Source: Camelus dromedarius
Taxonomy: Eukaryota
DNA: 64,000 nucleotides
Reading direction: 5' to 3'
Assembly (NCBI RefSeq): GCF_036321535.1
Contig: NC_087436.1
Coordinates: 78,928,001 to 78,992,000, forward strand
This document shows, one piece after another, positions 62,930 to 64,000 of this stretch. Both the position numbers and the translations under genes were made by a program. The notes beneath the pieces were generated by a model. It did not search any database. It saw only the letters and a list, made by a program, of their open reading frames with translations, and was not told where the DNA came from. Numbering within the stretch: the first letter of the stretch is position 1; each line of letters starts with the position of its first letter.

Positions 62930-64000
62930 CTGCAGTAAGAAACAATTAATAACTAAATAGTACTTACAAATAATTAAGAAAACTCAGTTCAGAGCTGGAA
63001 AGATCTGTCCATTTTAAGGCCTATAATTTTTCTATTTAATTAAAAAGGCAAAATGTATGAATTCCTAAAAACTATGCATAAAAATCCAAAATTAAAAGTG
63101 TTTTTAAAGAAACGTATAATAAAATTCTACTAAACTAAAAAGATAATATGTCTACTGATATTTTAATACATTAAAAAATAATTACATGGGTAAATTCTTA
63201 ATGCAACCAGACAGGAATTATTACTTGTGGTTTTCATCTCTGGAAGGGGGTCTGATTGTGGGAGACTAAACTGGTCACCAATTATCGCTTTTAGACAAAC
63301 TGCCAAATCCTAAAATAATGGCATCTATCTCAGGATACCTCAAAGACAGCCTCAGGAGCTGGACCAAGACAGAGCTAGTCATATCTCTCGTCTTAAATGC
63401 TCATATATTTCTATTTCATTTATGCTCAATCTTGTTCCGGGTGGCAGTATTTCTAGGTTATCTCTGTCATATACCTGTGGGGTCAAAAAGACCCTAAAAC
63501 TGATATGAAGTATAGGAAGATAATGAGGTTCATACATTGATCTTCATCCTTTAAAGCTCACTCTCATAAAAAACTGACATATAATTATGAAAATAGAGGA
63601 ATTCTATGGTAGCAGTCACCTATAATAGAAGATACTAACCAAAAATCTGCAGCTGTTTAATCCAATTAACAGAGAAATTAGGTATCTAATCTAAAGAGTA
63701 GACACCATAAACTGCAGAAATGAAAAAGTTTGGGTTTCTGTATTTGTAGACCCGAAGTATCTATTTATAATGTAAGAAAAATAACTATTTTAAACTTAGA
63801 TAATATTCATTTTTGGTTATACTCTAGTATCCTATTAACTCAAGATATTTATTAGCCTATCTATAATTTTTATAACTAATATTCAGCAATATTTATGATG
63901 ACAATAGTAGAAAGCCTCTTAACTGCCTATTTATTAAATCTGTACTATATTTGTGTATATTTATAATTACTTGATAAGGCTAATAACCTCTTTGTCAAAA

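Overview
Mammalian genomic DNA, most likely a camelid, inferred from five tRNA-Ala-derived Vic-1-like SINEs and no recognisable ruminant or pig SINEs. It holds two tandem minus-strand genes. (1) The 3' part of SEC31A (COPII outer coat): 25 coding exons mapped by eye from 62929 to the TAA at 17181, all GT-AG and phase-consistent, plus a 3' UTR with AATAAA at 16539-16544; the 5' exons lie beyond the window. (2) The CpG-island promoter, exon 1 and start of intron 1 of SCD5 (ATG at 6057). The rest is intronic or intergenic DNA with MIR, L2, L1, MER and LTR relics; repeat boundaries and subfamilies are approximate. Most ORFs in the supplied track are spurious. I found no new multi-gene system. The best leads are a TSD-flanked chimeric retro-insertion (42897-43198), an exon whose acceptor and donor are an identical 15-mer (possible recursive splice site), cassette exons next to the ALG-2-binding and Sar1-GAP-stimulating motifs, candidate unannotated micro or poison exons, an extended CTCF motif, CpG-gain patches, and a strong-Kozak uORF upstream of SCD5.
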